A DNA stretch of 64,000 nt from Eledone cirrhosa (GCA_964016885.1 OZ024741.1:249488001-249552000), one strand, 5' to 3'. Shown: positions 1 to 12,100, counted from the stretch's first letter. A program made the numbers and translations. The notes: a model not told the origin generated them from the sequence alone.

Positions 1-677
1 GGGGGAGATAATTTGTAAAAAAAATCAGGGGTAGATAATTTCCAGCCGTCCAAGGGGAGATAATTTCCATCCTTCCAAGGGGAGATAATTTCCAGCCGTC
101 CAAGGGGAGATAATTTCCCGCCAGCCAAGGAGAGATAACATTTAAAAAAATCAGGCGGAGATAATTTGTAAAAAAAATCAGGGGGAGATAATTTGTAAAA
201 AAATCAGGGGGAGATAATTTGTAAAAAAAATCAGGGGTAGATAATTTCCAGCCGTCCAAGGGGAGATAATTTCCATCCTTCCAAGGGGAGATAATTTCCA
301 GCCGTCCAAGGGGAGATAATTTCCCGCCAGCCAAGGAGAGATAATATTTAAAAAAATCAGGCGGAGATAATTTGTAAAAAAAATCAGGGGGAGATAATTT
401 GTAAAAAAATCAGGGGGAGACAATTTGTAAAAAAAAATCAGGGGGAGATAATTTGTAAAAAAATCAGGGGGAGATAATTTGTAAAAAAAATCAGGGGTAG
501 ATAATTTGTAAAAAAAAATCAGGGGGAGATAATTTGTAAAAAAAAAATCAGGGGGAGATAATTTGTAAAAAAATCAAGGGGAGATAATTTCCAGCCGTCC
601 AAGGGGAGATAATTTTCAGCCGTCCAAGGAGAGGTAATTTCTAGCCGTCCAAGGGGAGATAATTTCCAGCCGTCCAA

Positions 678-1934
678 GGGGAGATAATTTTTTTAAAAAA
701 ATCAGGCGGAGATAATTTGTAAACAAAAATCAGGGGGAGATAATTTGTAAAAAAAAATCAGGGGGAGATAATTTGTTAAAAAAAATCAGGGGGAGATAAT
801 TTGTAAAAAAAATCAAGGGGAGATAATTTCCAGCCGTCCAAGGGGAGGTAATATCTAGCCATCCAAGGGGAGATAATTTCCAGCCGTCCAAGGGGAGATA
901 ATTTCCAGCCGTCCAAGGGGAGATAATATCCAGCCGTCCAAGGAGACATATTTTCCAGCCGTCCAAGGAGAGGTAATTTCTAGCCGTCCAAGGGGAGATA
1001 AGTTCCTGCCTCCAAGGGGAGATAATTTCCAGCCAGCCAAGGGGAGATAATTTGTAAAAAAATCAGGGGGAGATAATTTGTAAAAAAAAAATCAGGGGGA
1101 GATAATTTGTAAAAAAATCAGGGGGAGATAATTTGTAAAAAAAAAATCAGGGGGAGATAATTTGTAAAAAAAATCAGGGGGAGATAATTTGTAGAAAAAA
1201 TCAGGGGTAGATAATTTGTAAAAAAAATCAGGGGGAGATAATTTGTAAAAAAAATCAGGGGGAGATAATTTGTAAAAAAAATCAGGGGTAGATAATTTTC
1301 AGCCGTCCAAGGGGAGATAATTTCCATCCTTCCAAGGGGAGATAATTTCCAGCCGTCCAAGGGGAGATAATTTCCCGCCAGCCAAGGAGAGATAACATTT
1401 AAAAAAATCAGGCGGAGATAATTTGTAAAAAAAATCAGGGGGAGATAATTTGTAAAAAAATCAGGGGGAGATAATTTGTAAAAAAAATCAGGGGTAGATA
1501 ATTTCCAGCCGTCCAAGGGGAGATAATTTCCATCCTTCCAAGGGGAGATAATTTCCAGCCGTCCAAGGGGAGATAATTTCCCGCCAGCCAAGGAGAGATA
1601 ATATTTAAAAAAATCAGGCGGAGATAATTTGTAAAAAAAATCAGGGGGAGATAATTTGTAAAAAAATCAGGGGGAGATAATTTGTAAAAAAAAATCAGGG
1701 GGAGATAATTTGTAAAAAAAATCAGGGGGAGATAATTTGTAAAAAAAATCAGGGGTAGATAATTTGTAAAAAAAAATCAGGGGGAGATAATTTGTAAAAA
1801 AAAAATCAGGGGAGATAATTTGTAAAAAAATCAAGGTGAGATAATTTCCAGCCGTCCAAGGGGAGATAATTTTCAGCCTTCCAAGGAGAGGTAATTTCTA
1901 GCCGTCCAAGGGGAGATAATTTCCAGCCGTCCAA
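678..1934 (+). repeat. Representative ~1.26-kb higher-order repeat unit (48 monomers: A5 B9 A9 B4 A4 B4 A9 B4)
   Basis: Monomers counted between successive GGGGAGATAATTTTTTTAAAAAAATCAGGCGG markers at 678 and 1935. A spacing of 1257-1258 bp recurs in the ORF track (12634->13892, 25565->26822, 26697->27955, 58429->59687). Confidence 0.85.
817..1040 (+). repeat. B9 cassette: nine B monomers with position-specific variants (224 bp), recurring throughout the array
   Basis: Fixed order: consensus; GGTAATATCTAGCCAT; consensus x2; ATAATATCC; GGAGACATATTTTCC; GGAGAGGTAATTTCTAG; 24-bp ATAAGTTCCAGCCTCC; CCAGCCAGCCAA. It gives the recurring 61-aa 'MAGWKLSPLGGWNL..' pseudo-ORF. Confidence 0.9.
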
Positions 1935-3489
1935 GGGGAGATAATTTTTTTAAAAAAATCAGGCGGAGATAATTTGTAAACAAAAATCAGGGGGAGATAA
2001 TTTGTAAAAAAAAATCAGGGGGAGATAATTTGTAAAAAAAATCAAGGGGAGATAATTTCCAGCCGTCCAAGGGGAGGTAATATCTAGCCATCCAAGGGGA
2101 GATAATTTCCAGCCGTCCAAGGGGAGATAATTTCCAGCCGTCCAAGGGGAGATAATATCCAGCCGTCCAAGGAGACATTTTCCAGCCGTCCAAGGATAGG
2201 TAATTTCTAGCCGTCCAAGGGGAGATAAGTTCCAGCCTCCAAGGGGAGATAATTTCCAGCCAGCCAAGGGGAGATAATTTGTAAAAAAATCAGGGGGAGA
2301 TAATTTGTAAAAAAAAAATCAGGGGGAGATAATTTGTAAAAAAATCAGGGGGAGATAATTTGTAAAAAAAAAATCAGGGGGAGATAATTTGTAAAAAAAA
2401 TCAGGGGGAGATAATTTGTAAAAAAAATCAGGGGTAGATAATTTGTAAAAAAAATCAGGGGGAGATAATTTGTAACAAAAATCAGGAGGAGATAATTTGT
2501 AAAAAAAATCAGGGGTAGATAATTTTCAGCCGTCCAAGGGGAGATAATTTCCATCCTTCCAAGGGGAGATAATTTCCAGCCGTCCAAGGGGAGATAATTT
2601 CCCGCCAGCCAAGGAGAGATAACATTTAAAAAAATCAGGCGGAGATAATTTGTAAAAAAATCAGGGGTAGATAATTTGTAAAAAAAAATCAGGGGGAGAT
2701 AATTTGTAAAAAAAATCAGGGGGAGATAATTTGTAAAAAAAAAATCAGGGGGTGATAATTTGTAAAAAAATCAAGGGGAGATAATTTCCAGCCGTCCAAG
2801 GGGAGATAATTTTCAGCCGTCCAAGGAGAGGTAATTTCTAGCCGTCCAACGGGAGATAATTTCCAGCCAGCCAAGGGGAGATAATTTGTAAAAAAATCAG
2901 GGGTAGATAATTTGTAAAAAAAAATCAGGGGGAGATAATTTGTAAAAAAAATCAGGGGGAGATAATTTGTAAAAAAAATCAGGGGTAGATAATTTCCAGC
3001 CGTCCAAGGGGAGATAATTTCCATCCTTCCAAGGGGAGATAATTTCCAGCCGTCCAAGGGGAGATAATTTCCCGCCAGCCAAGGAGAGATAACATTTAAA
3101 AAAATCAGGCGGAGATAATTTGTAAAAAAAATCAGGGGGAGATAATTTGTAAAAAAATCAGGGGGAGATAATTTGTAAAAAAAATCAGGGGGAGATAATT
3201 TGTAAAAAAAATCAGGGGTAGATAATTTGTAAAAAAAATCAGGGGGAGATAATTTGTAAAAAAAATCAGGGGGAGATAATTTGTAAAAAAAATCAGGGGT
3301 AGATAATTTCCCGCCAGGGGAGATAATTTCCCGCCAGCCAAGGAGAGATAATATTTAAAAAAATCAGGCGGAGATAATTTGTAAAAAAAATCAGGGGGAG
3401 ATAATTTGTAAAAAAATCAAGGGGAGATAATTTCCAGCCGTCCAAGGGGAGATAATTTTCAGCCGTCCAAGGAGAGGTAATTTCTAGCC

Positions 3490-6400
3490 GTCCAAGGGGA
3501 GATAATTTCCAGCCGTCCAAGGGGAGATAATTTTTTTAAAAAAATCAGGCGGAGATAATTTGTAAACAAAAATCAGGGGGAGATAATTTGTAAAAAAAAA
3601 TCAGGGGGAGATAATTTGTAAAAAAAAATCAGGGGGAGATAATTTGTAAAAAAAATCAAGGGGAGATAATTTCCAGCCGTCCAAGGGGAGGTAATATCTA
3701 GCCATCCAAGGGGAGATAATTTCCAGCCGTCCAAGGGGAGATAATTTCCAGCCGTCCAAGGGGAGATAATATCCAGCCGTCCAAGGAGACATATTTTCCA
3801 GCCGTCCAAGGAGACGTAATTTCTAGCCGTCCAAGGGGAGATAAGTTCCAGCCTCCAAGGGGAGATAATTTCCAGCCAGCCAAGGGGAGATAATTTGTAA
3901 AAAAATTAGGGGGAGATAATTTGTAAAAAAAAATTAGGGGGAGATAATTTGTAAAAAAAAATCAGGGGGAGATAATTTGTAAAAAAAAATCAGGGGGAGA
4001 TAATTTGTAAAAAAAATCAAGGGGAGATAATTTCCAGCCGTCCAAGGGGAGATAATTTTCAGCCGTCCAAGGAGAGGTAAATTCTAGCCGTCCAAGGAGA
4101 TATAATTTCCAGCCGTCCAAGGGGAGATAATTTCCAGCCGTCCAAGGGGAGATAATTTTTAAAAAAAAATCAGGCGGAGATAATTTGTAAACAAAAATCA
4201 GGGGGAGATAATTTTTTAAAAAAAATCAGGGGGAGATAATTTGTAAAAAAAAATCAGGGGGAGATAATTTGTAAAAAAAATCAAGGGGAGATAATTTCCA
4301 GCCGTCCAAGGGGAGGTAATATCTAGCCATCCAAGGGGAGATAATTTCCAGCCGTCCAAGGGGAGATAATATCCAGCCGTCCAAGGAGACATATTTTCCA
4401 GCCGTCCAAGGAGAGGTAATTTCTAGCCGTCCAAGGGGAGATAAGTTCCAGCCTCCAAGGGGAGATAATTTCCAGCCAGCCAAGGGGAGATAATTTGTAA
4501 AAAAATCAGGGGGGAGATAATTTGTAAAAAAAATCAGGGGGAGATAATTTGAAAAAAAAATCAGGGGGAGATAATTTGTAAAAAATATCAAGGGGAGATA
4601 ATTTCCAGCCCTCCAAGGGGAGATAATTTCCATCCTTCCAAGGGGAGATAATTTCCAGCCGTCCAAGGGGAGATAATTTCCCGCCAGCCAAGGGAAGATA
4701 ATTTTTTTAAAAATCAGGCGGAGATTGTAAAAAAAATCAGGGGGAGATAATTTGTAAAAAAATCAGGGGGAGATAATTTGTAAAAAAAAAATCAGGGGGA
4801 GATAATTTGTAAAAAAAAATCAGGGGGAGATAATTTGTAAAAAAAATCAGGGGGAGATAATTTGTAAAAAAAATCAGGGGTAGATAATTTGTAAAAAAAA
4901 TCAGGGGGAGATAATTTGTAAAAAAAATCAGGGGGAGATAATTTGTAAAAAAAATCAGGGGTAGATAATTTTCAGCCGTCCAAGGGGAGATAATTTCCAT
5001 CCTTCCAAGGGGAGATAATTTCCAGCCGTCCAAGGGGAGATAATTTCCCGCCAGCCAAGGAGAGATAACATTTAAAAAAATCAGGCGGAGATAATTTGTA
5101 AAAAAATCAGGGGGAGATAATTTGTAAAAAAAATCAGGGGTAGATAATTTCCAGCCGTCCAAGGGGAGATAATTTCCATCCTTCCAAGGGGAGATAATTT
5201 CCAGCCGTCCAAGGGGAGATAATTTCCCGCCAGCCAAGGAGAGATAATATTTAAAAAAATCAGGCGGAGATAATTTGTAAAAAAAATCAGGGGGAGATAA
5301 TTTGTAAAAAAAAATCAGGGGGAGATAATTTGTAAAAAAAAATCAGGGGGAGATAATTTGTAAAAAAAATCAAGGGGAGATAATTTGTAAAAAAAAATCA
5401 GGGGTAGATAATTTGTAAAAAAAAATCAGGGGGAGATAATTTGTAAAAAAAAAATCAAGGGGAGATAATTTCCAGCCGTCCAAGGGGAGATAATTTTCAG
5501 CCGTCCAAGGAGAGGTAATTTCTAGCCGTCCAAGGGGAGATAATTTCCAGCCAGCCAAGGGGAGATAATTTGTAAAAAAATCAGGGGTAGATAATTTGTA
5601 AAAAAAAATCAGGGGGAGATAATTTGTAAAAAAAATCAGGGGGAGATAATTTGTAAAAAAAATCAGGGGTAGATAATTTCCAGCCGTCCAAGGGGAGATA
5701 ATTTCCATCCTTCCAAGGGGAGATAATTTCCAGCCGTCCAAGGGGAGATAATTTCCCGCCAGCCAAGGAGAGATAACATTTAAAAAAATCAGGCGGAGAT
5801 AATTTGTAAAAAAAATCAGGGGGAGATAATTTGTAAAAAAATCAGGAGGAGATAATTTGTAAAAAAAATCAGGGGTAGATAATTTCCAGCCGTCCAAGGG
5901 GAGATAATTTCCATCCTTCCAAGGGGAGATAATTTCCAGCCGTCCAAGGGGAGATAATTTCCCGCCAGCCAAGGAGAGATAATATTTAAAAAAATCAGGC
6001 GGAGATAATTTGTAAAAAAAATCAGGGGGAGATAATTTGTAAAAAAATCAGGGGGAGATAATTTGTAAAAAAAAATCAGGGGAGATAATTTGTAAAAAAA
6101 ATCAGGGGGAGATAATTTGTAAAAAAAAATCAGGGGTAGATAATTTGTAAAAAAAAATCAGGGGGAGATAATTTGTAAAAAAAAAATCAGGGGGAGATAA
6201 TTTGTAAAAAAATCAAGGGGAGATAATTTCCAGCCGTCCAAAGGGAGATAATTTTCAGCCGTCCAAGGAGGTAATTTCTAGCCGTCCAAGGGGAGATAAT
6301 TTCCAGCCGTCCAAGGGGAGATAATTTTTTTAAAAAAATCAGGCGGAGATAATTTGTAAACAAAAATCAGGGGGAGATAATTTGTAAAAAAAAATCAGGG

Positions 6401-9180
6401 GGAGATAATTTGTAAAAAAAAATCAGGGGGAGATAATTTGTAAAAAAAATCAAGGGGAGATAATTTCCAGCCGTCCAAGGGGAGGTAATATCTAGCCATC
6501 CAAGGGGAGATAATTTCCAGCCGTCCAAGGGGAGATAATTTCCAGCCGTCCAAGGGGAGATAATATCCAGCCGTCCAAGGAGACATATTTTCCAGCCGTC
6601 CAAGGAGACGTAATTTCTAGCCGTCCAAGGGGAGATAAGTTCCAGCCTCCAAGGGGAGATAATTTCCAGCCAGCCAAGGGGAGATAATTTGTAAAAAAAT
6701 TAGGGGGAGATAATTTGTAAAAAAAAATTAGGGGGAGATAATTTGTAAAAAAAAATCAGGGGGAGATAATTTGTAAAAAAAAATCAGGGGGAGATAATTT
6801 GTAAAAAAAATCAAGGGGAGATAATTTCCAGCCGTCCAAGGGGAGATAATTTTCAGCCGTCCAAGGAGAGGTAAATTCTAGCCGTCCAAGGAGATATAAT
6901 TTCCAGCCGTCCAAGGGGAGATAATTTCCAGCCGTCCAATGGGAGATAATTTTTAAAAAAAAATCAGGCGGAGATAATTTGTAAACAAAAATCAGGGGGA
7001 GATAATTTTTTAAAAAAAATCAGGGGGAGATAATTTGTAAAAAAAAATCAGGGGGAGATAATTTGTAAAAAAAATCAAGGGGAGATAATTTCCAGCCGTC
7101 CAAGGGGAGGTAATATCTAGCCATCCAAGGGGAGATAATTTCCAGCCGTCCAAGGGGAGATAATATCCAGCCGTCCAAGGAGACATATTTTCCAGCCGTC
7201 CAAGGAGAGGTAATTTCTAGCCGTCCAAGGGGAGATAAGTTCCAGCCTCCAAGGGGAGATAATTTCCAGCCAGCCAAGGGGAGATAATTTGTAAAAAAAT
7301 CAGGGGGGAGATAATTTGTAAAAAAAATCAGGGGGAGATAATTTGAAAAAAAAATCAGGGGGAGATAATTTGTAAAAAATATCAAGGGGAGATAATTTCC
7401 AGCCCTCCAAGGGGCTATAATTTCCAGCCGTGCAAGGGGAGATAATTTCCAGCCGTCCAAGGGGAGATAATTTCCATCCTTCCAAGGGGAGATAATTTCC
7501 AGCCGTCCAAGGGGAGATAATTTCCCGCCAGCCAAGGGAAGATAATTTTTTTAAAAATCAGGCGGAGATTGTAAAAAAAATCAGGGGGAGATAATTTGTA
7601 AAAAAATCAGGGGGAGATAATTTGTAAAAAAAAAATCAGGGGGAGATAATTTGTAAAAAAAAATCAGGGGGAGATAATTTGTAAAAAAAATCAGGGGGAG
7701 ATAATTTGTAAAAAAAATCAGGGGTAGATAATTTGTAAAAAAAATCAGGGGGAGATAATTTGTAAAAAAAATCAGGGGGAGATAATTTGTAAAAAAAATC
7801 AGGGGTAGATAATTTTCAGCCGTCCAAGGGGAGATAATTTCCATCCTTCCAAGGGGAGATAATTTCCAGCCGTCCAAGGGGAGATAATTTCCCGCCAGCC
7901 AAGGAGAGATAACATTTAAAAAAATCAGGCGGAGATAATTTGTAAAAAAATCAGGGGGAGATAATTTGTAAAAAAAATCAGGGGTAGATAATTTCCAGCC
8001 GTCCAAGGGGAGATAATTTCCATCCTTCCAAGGGGAGATAATTTCCAGCCGTCCAAGGGGAGATAATTTCCCGCCAGCCAAGGAGAGATAATATTTAAAA
8101 AAATCAGGCGGAGATAATTTGTAAAAAAAATCAGGGGGAGATAATTTGTAAAAAAAAATCAGGGGGAGATAATTTGTAAAAAAAAATCAGGGGGAGATAA
8201 TTTGTAAAAAAAATCAAGGGGAGATAATTTGTAAAAAAAAATCAGGGGTAGATAATTTGTAAAAAAAAATCAGGGGGAGATAATTTGTAAAAAAAAAATC
8301 AAGGGGAGATAATTTCCAGCCGTCCAAGGGGAGATAATTTTCAGCCGTCCAAGGAGAGGTAATTTCTAGCCGTCCAAGGGGAGATAATTTCCAGCCAGCC
8401 AAGGGGAGATAATTTGTAAAAAAATCAGGGGTAGATAATTTGTAAAAAAAAATCAGGGGGAGATAATTTGTAAAAAAAATCAGGGGGAGATAATTTGTAA
8501 AAAAAATCAGGGGTAGATAATTTCCAGCCGTCCAAGGGGAGATAATTTCCATCCTTCCAAGGGGAGATAATTTCCAGCCGTCCAAGGGGAGATAATTTCC
8601 CGCCAGCCAAGGAGAGATAACATTTAAAAAAATCAGGCGGAGATAATTTGTAAAAAAAATCAGGGGGAGATAATTTGTAAAAAAATCAGGGGGAGATAAT
8701 TTGTAAAAAAAATCAGGGGTAGATAATTTCCAGCCGTCCAAGGGGAGATAATTTCCATCCTTCCAAGGGGAGATAATTTCCAGCCGTCCAAGGGGAGATA
8801 ATTTCCCGCCAGCCAAGGAGAGATAATATTTAAAAAAATCAGGCGGAGATAATTTGTAAAAAAAATCAGGGGGAGATAATTTGTAAAAAAATCAGGGGGA
8901 GATAATTTGTAAAAAAAAATCAGGGGAGATAATTTGTAAAAAAAATCAGGGGGAGATAATTTGTAAAAAAAAATCAGGGGTAGATAATTTGTAAAAAAAA
9001 ATCAGGGGGAGATAATTTGTAAAAAAAAAATCAGGGGGAGATAATTTGTAAAAAAATCAAGGGGAGATAATTTCCAGCCGTCCAAAGGGAGATAATTTTC
9101 AGCCGTCCAAGGAGGTAATTTCTAGCCGTCCAAGGGGAGATAATTTCCAGCCGTCCAAGGGGAGATAATTTTTTTAAAAA
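3490..9180 (+). repeat. ~2.8-kb tandem duplication (two copies, ~2794 and ~2844 bp; boundaries approximate)
   Basis: ORF pairs 4737/7581 and 5370/8214 are 2844 apart, and 3573/6367 are 2794 apart. Markers GAGACGTAAT, TTAGGGGG and GGCGGAGATTGT repeat at these offsets. The same pair recurs near 29.5-35.1 kb and 39.8-44.9 kb. Confidence 0.8.
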
Positions 9181-12100
9181 AATCAGGCGGAGATAATTTG
9201 TAAACAAAAATCAGGGGGAGATAATTTGTAAAAAAAAATCAGGGGGAGATAATTTGTAAAAAAAATCAGGGGGAGATAATTTGTAAAAAAAATCAAGGGG
9301 AGATAATTTCCAGCCGTCCAAGGGGAGGTAATATCTAGCCATCCAAGGGGAGATAATTTCCAGCCGTCCAAGGGGAGATAATTTCCAGCCGTCCAAGGGG
9401 AGATAATTTCCCGCCAGCCAAGGAGACATATTTTCCAGCCGTCCAAGGAGAGGTAATTTCTAGCCGTCCAAGGGGAGATAAGTTCCAGCCTCCAAGGGGA
9501 GATAATTTCCAGCCAGCCAAGGGGAGATAATTTGTAAAAAAATCAGGGGGAGATAATTTGTAAAAAAAAAATCAGGGGGAGATAATTTGTAAAAAAATCA
9601 GGGGGAGATAATTTGTAAAAAAAAAATCAGGGGGAGATAATTTGTAAAAAAAATCAGGGGGAGATAATTTGTAAAAAAAATCAGGGGTAGATAATTTGTA
9701 AAAAAAATCAGGGGGAGATAATTTGTAAAAAAAATCAGGGGGAGATAATTTGTAAAAAAAATCAGGGGTAGATAATTTTCAGCCCTCCAAGGGGAGATAA
9801 TTTCCATCCTTCCAAGGGGAGATAATTTCCAGCCGTCCAAGGGGAGATAATTTCCCGCCAGCCAAGGAGAGATAACATTTAAAAAAATCAGGCGGAGATA
9901 ATTTGTAAAAAAAATCAGGGGGAGATAATTTGTAAAAAAATCAGGGGGAGATAATTTGTAAAAAAAATCAGGGGTAGATAATTTCCAGCCGTCCAAGGGG
10001 AGATAATTTCCATCCTTCCAAGGGGAGATAATTTCCAGCCGTCCAAGGGGAGATAATTTCCCGCCAGCCAAGGAGAGATAATATTTAAAAAAATCAGGCG
10101 GAGATAATTTGTAAAAAAAAATCAGGGGGAGATAATTTGTAAAAAAATCAGGGGGAGATAATTTGTAAAAAAAAATCAGGGGGAGATAATTTGTAAAAAA
10201 AATCAGGGGGAGATAATTTGTAAAAAAAAATCAGGGGTAGATAATTTGTAAAAAAAAATCAGGGGGAGATAATTTGTAAAAAAAAATCAGGGGGAGATAA
10301 TTTGTAAAAAAATCAAGGGGAGATAATTTCCAGCCGTCCAAGGGGAGATAATTTTCAGCCGTCCAAGGAGAGGTAATTTCTAGCCGTCCAAGGGGAGATA
10401 ATTTCCAGCCGTCCATTGGGAGATAATTTTTTTTAAAAAATCAGGCGGAGATAATTTGTAAACAAAAATCAGGGGGAGATAATTTGTAAAAAAAAATCAG
10501 GGGGAGATAATTTGTAAAAAAAAATCAGGGGGAGATAATTTGTAAAAAAAATCAAGGGGAGATAATTTCCAGCCGTCCAAGGGGAGGTAATATCTAGCCA
10601 TCCAAGGGGAGATAATTTCCAGCCGTCCAAGGGGAGATAATTTCCAGCCGTCCAAGGGGAGATAATATCCAGCCGTCCAAGGAGACATATTTTCCAGCCG
10701 TCCAAGGAGAGGTAATTTCTAGCCGTCCAAGGGGAGATAAGTTCCAGCCTCCAAGGGGAGATAATTTCCAGCCAGCCAAGGGGAGATAATTTGTAAAAAA
10801 ATCAGGGGGAGATAATTTGTAAAAAAAAATCAGGGGGAGATAATTTGTAAAAAAATCAGGGGGAGATAATTTGTAAAAAAAAATCAGGGGGAGATAATTT
10901 GTAAAAAAAATCAGGAGGAGATAATTTGTAAAAAAAATCAGGGGTAGATAATTTGTAAAAAAAATCAGGGGGAGATAATTTGTAAAAAAAATCAGGGGGA
11001 GATAATTTGTAAAAAAAATCAGGGGTAGATAATTTTCAGCCGTCCAAGGGGAGATAATTTCCATCCTTCCAAGGGGAGATAATTTCCAGCCGTCCAAGGG
11101 GAGATAATTTCCCGCCAGCCAAGGAGAGATAACATTTAAAAAAATCAGGCGGAGATAATTTGTAAAAAAAATCAGGGGGAGATAATTTGTAAAAAAATCA
11201 GGGGGAGATAATTTGTAAAAAAAATCAGGGGTAGATAATTTCCAGCCGTCCAAGGGGAGATAATTTCCATCCTTCCAAGGGGAGATAATTTCCAGCCGTC
11301 CAAGGGGATATAATTTCCCGCCAGCCAAGGAGAGATAACATTTAAAAAAATCAGGCGGAGATAATTTGTAAAAAAATCAGGGGGAGATAATTTGTAAAAA
11401 AAATCAGGGGTAGATAATTTCCAGCCGTCCAAGGGGAGATAATTTCCATCCTTCCAAGGGGAGATAATTTCCAGCCGTCCAAGGGGAGATAATTTCCCGC
11501 CAGCCAAGGAGAGATAATATTTAAAAAAATCAGGCGGAGATAATTTGTAAAAAAAATCAGGGGGAGATAATTTGTAAAAAAAAATCAGGGGGAGATAATT
11601 TGTAAAAAAAAATCAGGGGGAGATAATTTGTAAAAAAAATCAAGGGGAGATAATTTGTAAAAAAAAATCAGGGGTAGATAATTTGTAAAAAAAAATCAGG
11701 GGGAGATAATTTGTAAAAAAATCAAGGGGAGATAATTTCCAGCCATCCAAGGGGAGATAATTTTCAGCCGTCCAAGGAGAGGTAATTTCTAGCCGTCCAA
11801 GGGGAGATAATTTCCAGCCAGCCAAGGGGAGATAATTTGTAAAAAAATCAGGGGTAGATAATTTGTAAAAAAAAATCAGGGGGAGATAATTTGTAAAAAA
11901 AATCAGGGGGAGATAATTTGTAAAAAAAATCAGGGGTAGATAATTTCCAGCCGTCCAAGGGGAGATAATTTCCATCCTTCCAAGGGGAGATAATTTCCAG
12001 CCGTCCAAGGGGAGATAATTTCCCGCCAGCCAAGGAGAGATAACATTTAAAAAAATCAGGCGGAGATAATTTGTAAAAAAAATCAGAGGGAGATAATTTG

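Noticed and set aside
1041-1290. Phased A-tract intrinsic curvature (kinetoplast-like)
   Set aside because: A-tract spacing of 26-29 bp is about 2.5-2.75 helical turns, so successive bends largely oppose rather than add.
3901-3945. TTAGGG hexamers suggesting telomeric repeat
   Set aside because: These are isolated C>T variants of TCAGGG within A monomers and are never tandem.
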